Assembly: GCF_018350175.1 (NCBI RefSeq)
Contig: NC_058368.1
Coordinates: 142,106,001-142,170,000, forward strand
From: Felis catus
Taxonomy: Eukaryota
Direction of reading: 5' to 3'
Length of the DNA: 64,000 nucleotides
Both the position numbers and the translations under genes were made by a program. How positions within the stretch are numbered: position 1 is the stretch's first letter; each line of letters opens with the position of its first letter. The notes under the pieces were generated by a model. It was not told where the DNA came from and ran no database searches. It was given only the letters and a program-made list of their open reading frames with translations. Shown in pieces: positions 40,181-51,367 of the stretch.

Positions 40181-40719
40181 AATAAATAAATAAATAAAAT
40201 TTAAAAAAAAAAAAAAAAAAAAAACAAAAAACAGGGGTGCCTGAGTGGCTCAGTCAGTTGAGTGTCAAACTTCAGCCCAGGTCATGATCTCACGGTCCGT
40301 GAGTTTGAGCCCCACATCAGGCTCTGTGCTGACAGCTCAGAGCCTGGAACCTGCTTCAGATTCTGTGTGTGTGTCTCTCTCTACCCCTCCCCTGCTCATG
40401 CTCGCAGTCTCTCTCTCTCTCAAAAATAAACATTAAAAAAAAAACCTGCTTAGAAATAATGCAATATAACACATCTTGGGATTTAATTGTAAGGCTTGAA
40501 ATTTAAATATTCCAGGGGCGCCTGGGTGGCGCAGTCGGTTAAGCGTCCGACTTCAGCCAGGTCACGATCTCGCGGTCCGCGAGTTCGAGCCCCGCGTCAG
40601 GCTCTGGGCTGATGGCTCAGAGCCTGGAGCCTGTTTCCGATTCTGTGTCTCCCTCTCTCTGCCCCTCCCCCGTTCATGCTCTGTCTCTCTCTGTCCCAAA
40701 AATAAATAAACGTTGAAAA

Positions 40720-40755
<36 letters not shown>

Positions 40756-41245
40756 AATTTAAATATTCCAGATTTTCTCCCTGGATTTCACCAGATCAGT
40801 TATCTTAAAATAACATACTCCGTATCAAAGATAAATATTTCAGGGCGCCTGGGTGGCGCAGTCGGTTAAGCATCCGACTTCAGCCATGTCACGATCTCGC
40901 GGTCTGTGAGTTCGAGCCCCGCGTCGGGCTCTGGGCTGATGGCTTAGAGCCTGGAGCCTCTTTCCGATTCTGTGTCTCCCTCTCTCTCTGCCCCTCCCCT
41001 GTTCACGCTCTGTCTCTCTCTGTGCCAAAAATAAATAAATGTTGAAAAAAAAAATTTTTTTTAAAAAGATGAATATTTCGTGGCTGAATATTTATTTTTT
41101 ATTTACTTTATTTTTACATTTATTTATTTTTTTAAAATTTTTTTCAACGTTTATTTATTTTTGGGACAGAGAGAGACAGAGCATGAACGTGCACTGTGCT
41201 CGTGCACTCTCGCTCTCTCAAATAAAAATAAAAAAAGTTTTTTAA
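39876..41245 (+). mobile_element. Dense CAN-SINE cluster (about 39876, 39978, 40234, 40515, 40843, plus fused tail remnants 41090-41245)
   Basis: Five heads in 1.2 kb; the 40515 copy has TSD GAAATTTAAATATTCCA (40498-40514, 40754-40770) and an A29 tail. Confidence 0.93.
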
Positions 41246-42573
41246 AGCATTAAATGAAAAAATAATAAAAATATGATATAATCCCTAATTAAAATTAAAT
41301 AATATAAATAAAAAATGGAAACAGTCACACAAAAAAGTTTAGAACCTTGTATGAGACACAATGACTCTTTGACGTATGTCCCAAATAATAAGTTACTATT
41401 ATTACAGCACTGACATCTGGGACCGATTTATCTTTATTTTTAATAAAGTACACTCAAGCACATCCCTATAAAAAGGTTACTTTCGTTCAGCTGCACTTCC
41501 ATACGCCTTTTTGAACGAGAGAACAAGTGACAGAGATAAGGTTAGATTTGCTGTAATTACATAGAAACCACAGACCCATGTAATCTTCCTAGGGGACACC
41601 ACTAAGAAACACTGATATGAAGGATTAAAATGTTATATATCATCTTCAAGACTGATGTTGTAAAAGTGACAATAAATAAAACTTAAGTTAAAAAAATAAG
41701 CTAGGCTTTATTCACGCAGTACAAATACAATGATGCGGTACTGACTACGATGTATCACAGCACACAGTATGACTACAGGAATGCATGGCAGCCCGTTTGG
41801 GGTCTAAATCATCTCTGTGAATCTAAACAAATGAAAAACCCACCCCCATTTCAACAGAAACTTAAAAATGCTATTTTTTAGTGTGTATGAGGGTACTGCA
41901 TTGCTAAGTTACTAGTTACTATGGTTCTCTCTTATTATTAAACCCAATGGCCTCTTTTCAGGCTTCATTCTATTTATCTTCACTATGTAACTCCTAACAT
42001 AGGTGACCACTTCCTCTTATTAACTTTCCCCTTAGCTCTGCCACCCCCAGTTTTGTTTGTTTGTTTGTTTGTTTGTTTGCTTGTTCTTTTAAACTTTCCT
42101 CTGGTTTCCCACCCATCAGAGCGTGGTCTCTTTCCCTAGTTCCAACCTTAAATGTTGGTATTCCCTCAGTCTATCTCTAAAATGCCTTCTTTTCTAAACA
42201 AGAGAAGTTCTCTGGCAGGGGCAGGGGTGATGGAGGAGTCGTTCACCCATTCCCAAGCTTAATTACTGCCTACAGCTCATAAATATCTATGTCTCATCTG
42301 AACATGCACGTTTTTTTGCAACTCTCCTGGTTTCTACATACTTTGCTTGAGGAACTCCCACTTTCCTCCACCTGGCAAAAAAACTTCCTAGGCTTTAAGA
42401 ACTAAAATGCCACCACCTCAGTGCAGCTTCCACTAGCTTTTCCAAATACTGTTAATTAACATTCTAGTTTAGAAATCACTTTCAACTCTACCATCTTATG
42501 AGAACCTCACAAAATAGGCAAGTATCATCACCTTTCTAGAAAAGAGGATACTGAAGGTTCAAGAGATCAATCA

Positions 42574-43182
42574 GGGGCACCTGGGTGGCTCAGGTGGGTT
42601 AAGTGTGGGACTCTTGATTTCAGGTCAGGTCATACAATCTTACAGTTCGTGAATTTGAGCTCCACATTGGGCTCCGTGCTGTGTGGAGCCTGCTTGGGAT
42701 TCTCTCTCCCTCTCTCTCTGCCCCTCCGCTGCTCATGCTCTCTTTCTCAAAACAATAAATAAACTTTAAAAAAAAAAAAAATGAAGAGATCAAGCAAAGT
42801 GAACAAGGAAACATTACTCCAAGCAGAAAACAGGAACTTAAACCCAGTTCTCACTCCAGGTCCAATGCTCTTTCTAATACACCATGATACTCTCAAAAAA
42901 GATTCAGAAATTTAGTAGTTTTACCATTGTTAGGAAAAATACGTCTCCTGTTTCTTTCTAGAAATTGTTTAATCTAGAAATAAAATTATTAAAATTATTT
43001 TTTAAGTTTATTTATTTATTTCGGGGAGAAGGGGCAGAGAGAGATGGAGAGAGAATCCCAAGCAGGATCCGCACTGTCACCACAGAGCCCCGATATGGGG
43101 CTCAAACGCACAAACCATGAGATCATGACCTGAGCTAAAACCAAGAGTCAGACACTTGACTACTAAGCCACCCAGGCAGCCC
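42574..43182. mobile_element. Two CAN-SINEs tail-to-tail (42574-42780 plus, inside a MIR; about 42997-43182 minus)
   Basis: Heads and tails visible; flanking repeats AAGAGATCAA and AAAATTATTTTT. Confidence 0.88.
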
Positions 43183-43779
43183 AAAAAATTATTTTTAATT
43201 GTACACACACAGCCAAACTGGCTAAGATAAAAGAAGAACTTCTTTAAGATAAAGCAGGATGATAATTAAGGAAAAAGCTAAAAGCAATAAAAGTTTACAA
43301 CAATCCCAAAAGAAAGAAATAAAGAAAAAAAAAACTTTACATTTTAAACGGAAAAGCTGAACATCTTGAAGCCAATAATCTACTATACAGTCTTGATTAA
43401 CCAAGAAATGACGTACAGGATCTGCTTTTATAAAATGATCTAAAAGTCCACAATTCCGGTTTTTTTTTAAAGGAAGAAAGGCACACACAAAAAGTTGATA
43501 AATAAGATTAAATTCAGAAAACAAAAATCATCAGTAGTAATTCTGTCACTAGGAAGTGACAGGCATCCCTGAGGTGGTTAGTGAAGGATCAAAGGACACA
43601 TAAAGCTTTAAGACAAGAGGCCAAAGAACAGATTAGAAGAAGTGGGAGAGGTGGAAATCAACATTTTGCTGTGATTGCAGTAAAGAATGGCTCAGGAGAT
43701 TCATCAGTGGTAGCTATATCTAGGAGACGGTGGGTTTAATAAGGAGCAAGACATGTGCACATCTCAAAGTATCCCCCCC

Positions 43780-44830
43780 ATAAAAAGACTACTGGAGAAA
43801 AAAAATAGAGGACAACGTTTTTACACTCTGCCTCCAGATGCAAGTCTGAAAAAGCCACATCACTATGGGAGTTTTCTAGCCAGAGGTACATAACACGAAT
43901 CTAAACATGAGGAAACACCAACAAATTCAAAGTGATTAACATGCTGTAAAATAACTGGCTTGTATTCTTCAAATGTGCCAAAGTAGTGAAAGACAAAAGT
44001 TAAGGAACTATTTCAGATTTAAAGGAGATTAAAAGAGATACAACAACTAAATGAAATGCATGATCCTGGATTGGATCCAGGATCCAATCATGCTGTACTA
44101 GACAGAAAAAAAATACTAAAAAAAAAAAAAAAGTATTTATTGAGACAAATGACAACACTCAATTACAGACTACAGACTGTACTGATATTAAATTTCCTCA
44201 ATATAAAAATATTGTCCTTAAAACAATGAAAAATGTAAAAAAAAATCATTGTTCTTAAATACATACCAAAGTATTAAGAGTAAAGAGACAGAATGTATAC
44301 AACCTATTTTTCAATGGATCAAAAACCAAAATATTAATGTATATGTGTGTATGTATGTGGAGAAAGAGAAAAATAAAGCAATGTAGCAAAAAAAAATTTT
44401 TAAGTGATGACTCTACATAAACGGTAGGTCTTTGTTCTATTCTTGTAACTTTTTTGTAAATCTGAAATTATTTCAAGGTAAACCATCAAAAATTAGAGCA
44501 GAGTTGGCAGGTGAATGGATGGAGAGAGTCAAAAGGGATAAGTTCCAGGTATGAAATAAGTCGGTCATGGGATGCACTGGAAGCTTGGTGACTACAGTCT
44601 ATAACACTGTATTGCATATTTAAAAGTCACTGAAAATAAATCTTAAAAGTTCTCATCACAAGGAAAAAAGAAAACTGTAACTATGTATGGTGACTGACGT
44701 TAACTAGACCTATTGTGGGGATCATTTCTGAATATATACAAATATTGAATCATGAAGTTATATACCTGAAACTAATATCATGTTACATGTCAAGAATACC
44801 TCAGTTAAAAAAAAAAAAAAAAAGAAAGAA
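43780..44830 (+). mobile_element. Old L1 3'UTR fragments (two subfamilies)
   Basis: ACAACTAAATGAAATGCATGATCCTGGATTGGATCC, and CTTAAAAGTTCTCATCACAAG..ATACCTGAAACTAAT..polyA. Confidence 0.75.
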
Positions 44831-45407
44831 AGAAAAGAAAAAAAAAAAAGGAGGGGAGGAATAGGATAAGCTTTAAGTTTTTTTACTAAAATTTTGTCAT
44901 TTGGTTGGGAAAAAAGTCAAAAAATATCACCATTTTAAACAAGAATGTAGGCTGAAGAGAGATTAAAGGAACACTTCCAGAACAGGGGTCTCCTTGCTCA
45001 TATACAATCCCACTAGGTTTGCAGTTCAATGACCAAAATGTTTCTAATTCCTGGAAACTTCAAGGTAATACATGGTCTACGGATACTTTTCAAAGTTTTA
45101 AACTTTTAATAAGTTGTATGCATTCTCTAATAAAAGCACCATAAATGTCATCAAGTGTTAAGTAGTATATAAAGAACTTGAGAGAATGGGCTCTGAGATT
45201 AGGCCTGTGTTCAAATTCAGAGTGTAGTGTTCAAGCTCTGTGATCTTGGACAAGTTTTAACCACTTGTCCAATTTCCTCAATCTGCAAAATGGAATCAGT
45301 CAAGTATCTGGAAACAAGCCACTGAATTACTAAGGAGGACTGAATAAGATAAATGTAAAACAGTGTGCACAAAAGCACAAGCACTCAATAAATATTAGCT
45401 ATTTTTA

Positions 45408-45875
45408 CTTTTTCTTCAATGTTTATTTTTGAGAGAGACAGAGACAGAGTGTGAGCAGGGGAGGGGCAGAGAGAAAGGGAGACATGGAATCTGCAGCAGG
45501 CTCCAGGCTCGGAGCTGTCAGCACAGAGTCCGACGAAAGGCTAGAATTCATCAACCTAGACCATGACCTGAGTCAAGTTGGACGCGTAACCGACTGAGCC
45601 ACCCAGGCGCCCCTTAGCTATTTTTATTTTAAATCCAACCCGCTTGGGGGCGCCTGGGTGGCTCAGTCGGTTAAGCGTCCGACTTCGGTTCAGGTCATGA
45701 TCTCACGGTCCCTGAGTTCGAGCCCCGCGTCGGGCTCTGGGCTGATGGCTCGGAGCCCGGAGCCTGCTTCCGGTTCTGTGTCTCCCTCTCTCTGCCCCTC
45801 CCCCGTTCATGCTCTCTCTCTCTCTCTCTCTCTGTCTCAAAAATAAATAAACGTTAAAAAAAATAATAAATAAAT
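45408..45875. mobile_element. Head-to-head CAN-SINE pair (about 45408-45613 minus; 45646-45875 plus)
   Basis: Separate TSDs: TTAGCTATTTTTA for the minus copy; AAATCCAACCCGCTTGG (45631-45647, 45876-45892) for the plus copy. Confidence 0.93.
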
Positions 45876-46625
45876 AAATCCAACCCGCTTGGTCACCTCA
45901 ACAGCACTGGTCAGAGTCAAAGCCATACATGGTTGTCCAAACCAGGCCCAAATCTGACAAAATAGGAAGTCAGAAACTCAAAGAGAAAAACATCTTAGAT
46001 GTTAACAAACCATAAAAGTAAATTAATCGTAAGCAAACCACATGCAAAGAAGACTGAGGCTGACTTACAGGGTAATTCACCAGCTGAACATTTTGCTAAC
46101 AGAAGTGTGCAACTGCAACAAGCTCCCCATTAGAACAATCCATCATTCTAAATGCACTGAATGAAAAATGAAGAGAAATTATCTTACCTGAGAACAAGGG
46201 GAAAAAAACTGTACTCCACATGCTGTATTTAAGATTTCAGTCAGCTTAATACAGTCAAAATGTAAACCCAATTTCAACTACTAGCAACCTTCCAGACTGC
46301 CTGTTCTTGTTAGTAAAAATTTAAATTTAAATTATACTCTTCTGACATCTACAAGGCCATCAGCACAGCTACTTTAGCTTAATTTAGCATGAATCTAGTG
46401 ACAGCCTATTATGTGACCATAGTCTAGTACTGAGACATTAAAAATAAGAGAAATGTAAAAATGATTACAAGAAAATTTAAAGTTACCAGAATTCTGTAAG
46501 TTTAAAATCCCTCCCACCAAAAAGTTTGGGGGTGTTTTCTTTCCATTTTTCGGTGGTACTCATTTTTCCTTTTACAAAACTAAATGCACATTGTTTAGTA
46601 TTTGTCTTTAAAATTCACATTATTT

Positions 46626-46850
46626 GGGCGCCTGGGTGGCTCAATGAGTTAAGTGTCTGATTTGGACTCGGGTCATGATCTCATGGTTCGCGGGTTGGAG
46701 CCCCTGCATCGGGCTCTGTGCTGACAGCTCAGAGCCTGGAGCCTGCTTTGGATTCTGTGACTCCCCCTGTCTCTTCCCCTCTCCCGCTCATGCTGTCTCT
46801 CTGTGTCACTCAAAAATAAGTATTTAAAAAAATTAAAAATAAATAATAAA
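46626..46850 (+). mobile_element. CAN-SINE
   Basis: Head, CT tract and A-rich tail. Confidence 0.9.
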
Positions 46851-47369
46851 CAAGTTCAAACTCATTATTAATTTGTAAAACCTAAAAATTTGTTCATAGT
46901 CATACTTTTCTCTACTTATATGCTTATTACTTTGGTGTATTGCGGTTTTTCTCCCTTGTAATGCAAAGGATATTGTCCAAAAACATGAATGTTCGTATAA
47001 AATAGTTTGTCCATTCATAAAGCGCCTAAAACACCTACCTCCACGCTCCTACACTCCAGAGTGAGAGAAGAGTTTCCCATACGCAACAAGCACTCTAACG
47101 CGTCCTCTCAACTCCTCAAACACCTTTTTCACAATAACGCCCAATTCTCCCAAATTTGATCCAGCAAATATTAAGTAAGCTAGAAGTGTTTGTTCAAAAA
47201 TCAGATTCCGGTGCCCCAGACCAGACCAACTTAATGAGAGTCTTGGGGATGAGACCTGAAGCTCTCCAAACGGTTCTTTCCTCGCTCAAGTTTGAAAACG
47301 ACGAGGGACCCCTACACACACTCCATACTCTCCCCCACAACTCCCACCACTCCCAACTGACTCAACCCC

Positions 47370-47960
47370 ACCCACCAGCGGGAAACGCTACCGCCCGGCT
47401 CCCGTGCGGTCTCAAAACGCCCCCACCTTTCTTGGGGTCCAATCCCAAACCCGTGGCCCGCTCCTCCGGGATCCCCAGCTCCTCATTCCCAGCCCCACAC
47501 CCCAAACCTTCTTCCTCACTTCTTCAGATCGCTGCTAAAGAGGCCAAAGGCGCCGGAGGGTGAAATGGTCGAGGTCGCCTCCTGACCCAGCTCCGTCGCC
47601 TCCCCTCCGCCGGACTGCTCACTGTAAGCGAAGCTGTTGCTGGACATTGCTGCGGTGCTGGCTGGGGTCGGGTTGGTCCTGCCGGGGCTTCTCCCCGAAG
47701 AGCTCCTGTCCCGAGAACGCGGAACAAAACTAGTTCGCGAGCGGAGGGGCGCTAGCTAGCGCTTCCGGACTCGTCACGGCTCCCTTAGACGACCTGGCGG
47801 CCCACCCCCTGCGCATGCCCAGTGTGCAGGCAGGCCGGAGCCCACCCCTCCCAGGCCTTGACTGGATTTGCCTTCTCCGGGTTTTTGAGGTGGTTGAGTG
47901 GCTCGGTCCCAGGCTGTGCGGAAGGGAGTCGGTGGGCGGAACCAGAAGGGCCTGTCGGCT
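47370..47960 (-). promoter_or_regulatory. AP3B1: CpG-island promoter and 5'UTR of AP3B1 (housekeeping type)
   Basis: Only extended non-SINE GC/CpG-rich stretch in the window, spanning the ATG. Contains ETS-type CCGGAAG (minus, 47762-47768), TGACG half-CRE (minus, 47772-47776), NRF1-like TGCGCATGCCCA (47810-47821) and GC box GGGCGG (about 47934-47939). No obvious TATA box; exact TSS not determinable. Confidence 0.85.
47520..47647 (-). CDS. AP3B1: AP-3 complex subunit beta-1, coding part of exon 1 (128 bp, ends in phase 2)
   Basis: Reverse complement reads GCAGCA-ATG and translates to MSSNSFAYSEQSGGGEATELGQEATSTISPSGAFGLFSSDLK+AA, recognisable as the AP3B1 N-terminus. It is followed by the donor GAA|GTGAGG and lies in a CpG-rich island. 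Confidence 0.97.
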
Positions 47961-48704
47961 TTTGAAGTTTTTCGGAGAGAAATACCCATTGTATCGAACT
48001 TGATCCCTTAAGGAGGTTTCCCCACCCGGGACACTTTTACTTGATTCCTTTAGTAAACCAATAGCTTTCAGATTTCTTCTGAAATGCCATTTAACACACC
48101 TGATCAAGTGTCCTAAATGTAAGACGATCGCTTTTCCTTTCGTGGGCTGGTTTCTGCTCCACTTCCTCCTGCCAGCATTGCCTTACTTTCACAGCCGTCC
48201 CACGCAAGCCCTTTCCCTAAAGACTGTGCCTTTGAGAATCCATTGAGAAGGGTTCATTCCAGTGAAAGGTTTGAACGAAAATCCAGGGCCAGCAATTCCC
48301 AGGGGCTAAAGGAGCGCTTCCTACTGGCCTCTGACCACCAAAAATAAAATCAAATAGAGCCACCTCGGGCGCCAGGTGTACTGTATTATCTGGACACGTC
48401 TTTACTTCTTGCTTTCCCACTGTCAGCACTCTCTAACATCTGCTAGGGAGCTAACGGTGAATGTTGCCTGGCCTCAGAGTAGCACTTGGTAAAGCCTCTT
48501 TCTGGCATAAGGTCCCCCAGGATGCCAGCTCAGAGAGGTTCCAGAGCCTTCCCTACTTTTCCCTATTCTTTCCCCCTCTCAGTTAGCCTTAAGACCCAAA
48601 GGCCAGAAACAGTTAGGACCTAGTGAAACACAAATTGGGGCCCAGCCCCTCTAGGAGGAGGGTGGAGCCTGTTCAAGGATCAACTCCTCAAAAGGCCACG
48701 CATT

Positions 48705-49800
48705 AAATAATGAAATACCACTGCACACCTGCTAAAATAAAACCTGGAAGACTTAAAAACTCTAAATGTGACAGATAGGAACTCTCACTCATTACTCGCA
48801 GGAATGCAAAGTGGTACAACCATTTGGAAGATACTTCGTCAGTTTCTCATAAAATTAAAAATATTCCAACTATATAATTCAGCAATACCAACCCTTGATA
48901 TTTGCGGGGGTTAAAAATATACCCACCCCAAAACCTGCACATGGATGCTAATAAAAGCATTATTCATAATTAACAAAACTTGGAAGCAACCAAAATGTCC
49001 TTCAGTGGGTGAATGGATGAGTAAACTGTGATCTATCCAGACAATGTAATATTCCTCAGCGCTTCAAAGGATATGAGGTATCAAGCCAAGAAAAGACCTA
49101 GAGGAAACTTAAACGCACATTACTAAGAGAAGCAAATCTGAAAAGGCAACCTACTATATGATTCCAACTGTATAACATTCTGGAAAAGGCAAATTATGGA
49201 GACAGTAAAAAAAATCAATAGTTGTCAGGAGTTGGAGAAGGGAGAGGGATGAATAAGCAGGGCACAGAGGATTCTTAGGGCAATGAAAATACCCTGTCTG
49301 ATACCATAATGATGGATACATGTCATTATACATTTGTCCAAGCCCATAGAATATATAACAACGAGGGGCACCTGGGGGCTCAGTGGGTTAAGCATCATAA
49401 TCTTGATTTGGGCTCAGGTCATTATCTCACAGTGGTGAAAATGAGCCTTGTCCGGCTCCACACCTAGTGGTGTGGGATTCTGTCTCCCTCTGTCTGCCCC
49501 TCTTCTGCTCCATACACAGCTCTCTCTCTCTCTCAAAACAAAAACAAAAACAAAAACAACACTATAAAACACCAAGAGTGAACCCAAATGGGAACTATGG
49601 ACTTTGGGTGATAATGATGTGTCAACGCAAGTCATCAGTTGCACCAAATGTACTACTTTGGTGAGGATGTTCATGATGGAAATGTTATGCATGTGTGGGG
49701 GTAAGAGGTGTGTGGGAAATCTCTGTACTTCCCTCTCCATTTTGCTGTGAACCTTAAAATGCTCCAAATAAAGTCTTAATTTAACAAATGGAAATTAATT
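48705..49800 (+). mobile_element. Old L1 3' end with nested CAN-SINE (about 49365-49560)
   Basis: GGAACTCTCA..GGAATGCAAAGTGGTAC, GGAAGCAACCAAAATGTCCTTCAGTGGGTGAATGG, GGACTTTGGGTGATAATGATGTGTC. Confidence 0.85.
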
Positions 49801-49916
49801 TAAAAAATAAAGGTGGCACTGTTACTGTGAAACACCCATGACCAAGACCCAGTCTTTAGGTGGAGAGGAGGAAGCATCCTCCAAACTTCACAGTCTGGTC
49901 AAAACTTGACAGGTTT

Positions 49917-50543
49917 GGGGGCATCTGGGTGGCTTACTTGGTTAAGCATCCGATTTCGGCTCAGGTCATGATCTAGCAGTTCCATGGGTTCAAGCCCCCC
50001 ATCAGGCTCTGTGCTGACAGCTCAGAGCCTGGAGCCTGCTCAGATTCTGTATCTCCCTCTCTCTCTGGCCCTCCCCTGCTTGCGCTGTCTCTTTTTTCCT
50101 CTCAAAAGTAAAGAAACATTAAAAAAAAACTTGACAGGTTTTGGGGTGCCTGGGTAGCTCAGTTGGTAGCTCCAACTCTTGATTTCAGCTCAGGTCATGA
50201 TCTCACAGTGTGTGAGATCAAGCCCCATGTGGGCTCTGTGCCAACAGCACAGAGTCTATTGGGATCCTCTCTTTTCCTCTCTCTGCCCCTTGCCTGCTCT
50301 TTCTCTCTCTCAAAATAAATAAATGAACATTTTTTTAAAGTGACAGGTTTTTATTTCAGCTGTTAAAATGATGAAGTTTATGGGGCGCCTGGGTGGCTCA
50401 GTCGGTTGGGCATCCAACTTCGGCTCAGGTCATGATCTGGCGGTTCCTGAGTTTGAGCCCCAGGTGGAGCTCTGTGCTGACAGCTCAGAGCCTGGAGCCT
50501 ATTTCAGATTCCATATCCCCCTCTCCCGGCCCCTCCCCCACTC

Positions 50544-50597
<54 letters not shown>

Positions 50598-50626
50598 TCA
50601 AAATAAATACATTAACAAATTTTTTT
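49917..50626 (+). mobile_element. Three CAN-SINEs (49917, 50143, 50382); the third contains a (TG)n microsatellite at about 50548-50596
   Basis: Heads, tails and TSDs visible. Confidence 0.92.
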
Positions 50627-51367
50627 AATGATGAAATTTATTATTTTATTGATGATACTGGTCAATTTATGGAATGTTGCCTATTGCTAATTATTCATGA
50701 TGATGATAATGGTGGTAATAATTATAGATGTACTTAATAGATGGCTTAATATGTACTAAGCATGTAAGTGATTTACATATACAGTATAATTCATTTAATA
50801 GTAAAAGAAGCTAGCTTTGGTTTCCTTTATCTATAAAATGAGGACACTGATAAATGCATACCTTAGAGAATCTCTGGCATATATATCTGGGTGTAGAATA
50901 TCTTGAATGTAGATCACTGAATAGCCACTTAAAATTCTCTTAATTTATTTAAGAATTTTAGATGGCCCTAATCTCAGAGACAAAGGTTTAAGTTATACAA
51001 AATGATCTTGTTGTTCTACTTTTTCTCATATTCCTAATACATTGAATATTTTGATTTGGTTCTAGGTTTTGGAAAAAGGTTAAGTAGCTAGGTAATATGT
51101 TTAGCAAGAGAGGCACTGCTGAAGGACGGGTCCACTGGAAATCTCTTCCTTTATGCCCCGTGTCTTAGGCTCACTTACAAAGTCAGTAAATATAACGTTC
51201 TTTTCTGCCATATTGTTTTCACTGAGAGAACAACAGCCAGATCCAGGTTTGAACCCCAACTACGTCACTAGCTGAGATCTATGTAGGTAGGCAAGTTATT
51301 AACCTTTCTGGGACTTAAAGCCTCTACAATTTATTAATTCTTATTCTCATTTAAAAATATAACTCTT

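Larger units (their letters stand above)
11292..47519 (-). other. AP3B1: AP3B1 intron 1 (36,228 bp, GT-AG)
   Basis: Bounded by the exon 1 donor and exon 2 acceptor. The protein is contiguous across it, so no further constitutive coding exon is needed. Confidence 0.93.

Noticed and set aside
47524..47727. Overlapping minus-strand ORF as a uORF of AP3B1
   Set aside because: It starts at a non-ATG codon. There is no ATG on the minus strand between 47648 and about 47813, and GC-rich DNA yields chance ORFs (also 47156-47563 and 47730-48107).
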